Positions 26,196 through 28,245 of a stretch of DNA of 28,245 nucleotides are shown here, one piece after another; position 1 is the first letter of the stretch; every line of letters starts with the position of its first letter. Under the pieces are notes generated by a model. The model made no database searches and was not told the origin of the DNA. It saw only the letters and a program-made list of their open reading frames with translations. A program made the position numbers and the translations under genes. This DNA comes from Candidatus Krumholzibacteriia bacterium (GTDB taxonomy: Bacteria; Krumholzibacteriota; Krumholzibacteriia; LZORAL124-64-63), in contig JAWOID010000067.1 in NCBI GenBank assembly GCA_046484865.1, positions 1 through 28,245 of the forward strand, written 5' to 3'.

Positions 26196-27862
26196 AAGAG
26201 CGAGTCGCCTTTCACGCGGTGATCACGGACATGGACGGGGTGCTCACACGTACCGCCAGTGTCCACCAGCGAGCCTGGAAGCGCCTCTTCGACGACTTCC
26301 TCTCGGAACGAGCGGGGCGCCGGGGCGACGATGGCGGCGGTGAGCGTGGCAGCGGTGATGCGCAGCGGGGCGAGCGCGGCGGTGGCAGCGGTGATGCGCA
26401 GCGCGACGAGCGCGGCGGAGGCAGCAGCGGACGGCCGGGCGAGAATCTCGCGCCGTTCACGGACGAGGATTACCGCCGCCACGTCGACGGCAAGCCGCGT
26501 TACGACGGCGTGCACGACTTTCTAGTCTCCCGCGGCATCGAGATGCCGCGCGGCGATGTCAATGACCCGCCGGGCCACACCAGCGAGTACGCGCTGGGAC
26601 TGCTCAAGAACGAGTACTTCCATGCGCTTCTCGAGGAGCAGGGCGTCGAGGTCTTCCCGGACGCGGTGGCGGCCGTCGACCGCTGGCGCCGTGGCGGCAT
26701 GGCCCTGGCCGCCATCTCCGCCAGCCGCAACGCCCGACACGTGCTCGACGCGTCCGACTTCACGCGCCGCTTCTCCGTGATCGTCGACGGCCAGACCGCC
26801 CAGGAGGAAGGGCTTCACGGCAAAGCCGACCTGCTGCGGAGAGCGGCCGAGCTGCTGGACGTGGATCCCGGCGAAGCCGTCGTGCTGGAGGATGCCGTCA
26901 GTGGCGTGCAGGCGGGGGCCGAGGTCGGCTTCGGCCTGGTGGTGGGCGTGGAGCGTGGCGATCCCGGCGAAGGCCATGCCCGCCGGCTGAGCGAGGCCGG
27001 TGCGGAACGGGTGGTCCGCGACCTGCGTTCGCTGCGCTTCCTGCGCCTCTTGCGTGATGCCCTGGAACACCGTCGCTCGCTCACCGAGGAACGAGCGGGA
27101 CGACCCCTGGCCGTGTTCCTCGACTTCGACGGGACCCTCTCCCCCATCGTCGAGGATCCCGGGTCGGCCGGGGTCAGCCAGTCCATGCGCGAAGCCGTCG
27201 CCGAGCTGGCGCGCCACGCCCGGGTGGCCGTGGTCAGCGGGCGCGATCGTCCCGACGTCGAGCGGCGACTCGGCCTGAAGGGGCTCTTCTACGCGGGCAG
27301 CCACGGCCTCGACATTGCCGGCCCCGGCCACGAGCGGGCGCATCCCGACGCCGCCGCCGCCGTCCCGCACGTGGAGGACGCCGAGAGTGCGCTCCGGTCG
27401 GCGCTGGCCGAAGTCGACGGCGTGGTCTTCGAGCGCAAGCGCTTCTCGCTGGCCGTGCACTACCGTCGCGTGAAGAGAGCCAGCGACGTGGAACGCGTCC
27501 ACGCCGCCGTGGCCGAAGTCCTGGCGCGTCATGCACCGCTGCGAGACAGTCCGGGCAAGAAGGTCCACGAACTGCGACCCGACGTCGACTGGGACAAGGG
27601 CCGCGCCGTGGACTGGTTGCTGGAGGCTTTGGAGATCGATGCCGCGAACACGCTGGTCCTCTACGTGGGCGACGACACCACCGACGAGGACGCCTTCGAG
27701 GCCCTGACCGGCCGCGGCCTGGGAATCCACGTGGGCCCGGCGACGAGCGACACGCTCGCCGATTACCGCGTCGCCGATCCGCCGGCGGTCGAGGAATTGC
27801 TGCGCTGGCTGGCCGAGAAGGCCGATCCCCGCGATTCGGATGACGACACGGCACCCTCGTGA
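26192..27862 (+). CDS. otsB: Fusion of beta-phosphoglucomutase-like HAD domain and trehalose-6-phosphate phosphatase
   Basis: N-domain DMDGVLT, VDGKPRYDGV, VLEDA. C-domain FLDFDGTL, VSGR, YAGSHG, ELRPDVDWDKG, GDDTTDEDAF. ATGA overlap with the GH65 stop. Confidence 0.9.
   Translation: MKERVAFHAVITDMDGVLTRTASVHQRAWKRLFDDFLSERAGRRGDDGGGERGSGDAQRGERGGGSGDAQRDERGGGSSGRPGENLAPFTDEDYRRHVDGKPRYDGVHDFLVSRGIEMPRGDVNDPPGHTSEYALGLLKNEYFHALLEEQGVEVFPDAVAAVDRWRRGGMALAAISASRNARHVLDASDFTRRFSVIVDGQTAQEEGLHGKADLLRRAAELLDVDPGEAVVLEDAVSGVQAGAEVGFGLVVGVERGDPGEGHARRLSEAGAERVVRDLRSLRFLRLLRDALEHRRSLTEERAGRPLAVFLDFDGTLSPIVEDPGSAGVSQSMREAVAELARHARVAVVSGRDRPDVERRLGLKGLFYAGSHGLDIAGPGHERAHPDAAAAVPHVEDAESALRSALAEVDGVVFERKRFSLAVHYRRVKRASDVERVHAAVAEVLARHAPLRDSPGKKVHELRPDVDWDKGRAVDWLLEALEIDAANTLVLYVGDDTTDEDAFEALTGRGLGIHVGPATSDTLADYRVADPPAVEELLRWLAEKADPRDSDDDTAPS
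26348..26419 (+). repeat. 36-bp in-frame duplication (GSGDAQRxERGG x2) in the HAD domain
   Basis: Units 26348-26383 and 26384-26419. Confidence 0.85.
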
Positions 27863-27963
27863 ACGGCGCGCGATTCCCGTAGCAGGTCGGCAGCCCGGCT
27901 GCGCGGCAGCCCGGCTGGGAGGCTGAGCGGCTGGGCGGCTGAGCGGCCCCGGAGACGCCGCGG

Positions 27964-28080
27964 GCGAGCACCCGGGTGCAGGACTAAGTGAACCCGGATT
28001 CCGGACCGACCCTCTCTGGTTTGAGTGGACCCGGGTGCAGGACCGCTCGACTTTGGTACGAGTGGACCCGGGTGCAGGAC
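27964..28080. repeat. Cluster of four 21-bp repeats (consensus GAGTGGACCCGGGTGCAGGAC), last three at a 37-bp period
   Basis: Copies at 27964, 27986, 28023 and 28060. The last two are identical. Confidence 0.85.
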
Positions 28081-28167
28081 TCTATCAGTCTTGTCCCCGG
28101 TCGATGCGCGCGGGTCCGAGCTGGCCAAAAGTTCTCGCCTTCACGGGGATGATTTGCGACCGTCGCC

Positions 28168-28196
28168 TTGACATTCGCCTCTTGTTCGCTTATCTT
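28168..28196 (+). promoter_or_regulatory. Near-consensus sigma70 promoter with overlapping direct-repeat operator candidate
   Basis: TTGACA (28168-73), 17 nt, TATCTT (28191-96). The spacer region contains ATTC-N7-GTTC (TTCGC twice, 11 bp apart). Confidence 0.7.
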
Positions 28197-28245
28197 GATC
28201 CCAATGACCTCCCGCCTCCCGGGTCGTTGTATCGCTGGTTCGTTC

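Noticed and set aside
27964..28080. CRISPR array call
   Set aside because: 21-nt repeats, 16-nt partly similar linkers, irregular first interval and no cas genes in view.

Overview
GC-rich bacterial DNA, probably from a diderm (it encodes a predicted outer-membrane beta-barrel). No rRNA, tRNA, integrase, transposase or canonical CRISPR was recognised. There are three blocks. (1) 92-7737, minus strand: beta-barrel gene, a terminator, a Rieske / cytochrome b / 11-heme membrane-anchored cytochrome c operon, then a UvrD/Rep helicase with an unusual N-terminal domain. (2) 7962-18398, mostly minus strand: stress/carbon cluster with a FAD/Fe-S oxidoreductase, PoxB-like ThDP enzyme, YciE/YciF ferritin-like protein, membrane protein, GH15 hydrolase and CgeB-type glycosyltransferase, plus two eroded gene relics (enolase-superfamily C-terminus; epimerase mosaic). 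(3) 18717-27862, plus strand: a tightly coupled run of topoisomerase IB, Ku, LigD, GH65 phosphorylase and a HAD/trehalose-6-phosphate phosphatase fusion. The window ends with a 37-bp-period repeat cluster and a near-consensus sigma70 promoter carrying a LexA-like direct repeat. All calls come from motif reading by eye; no database searches were run.
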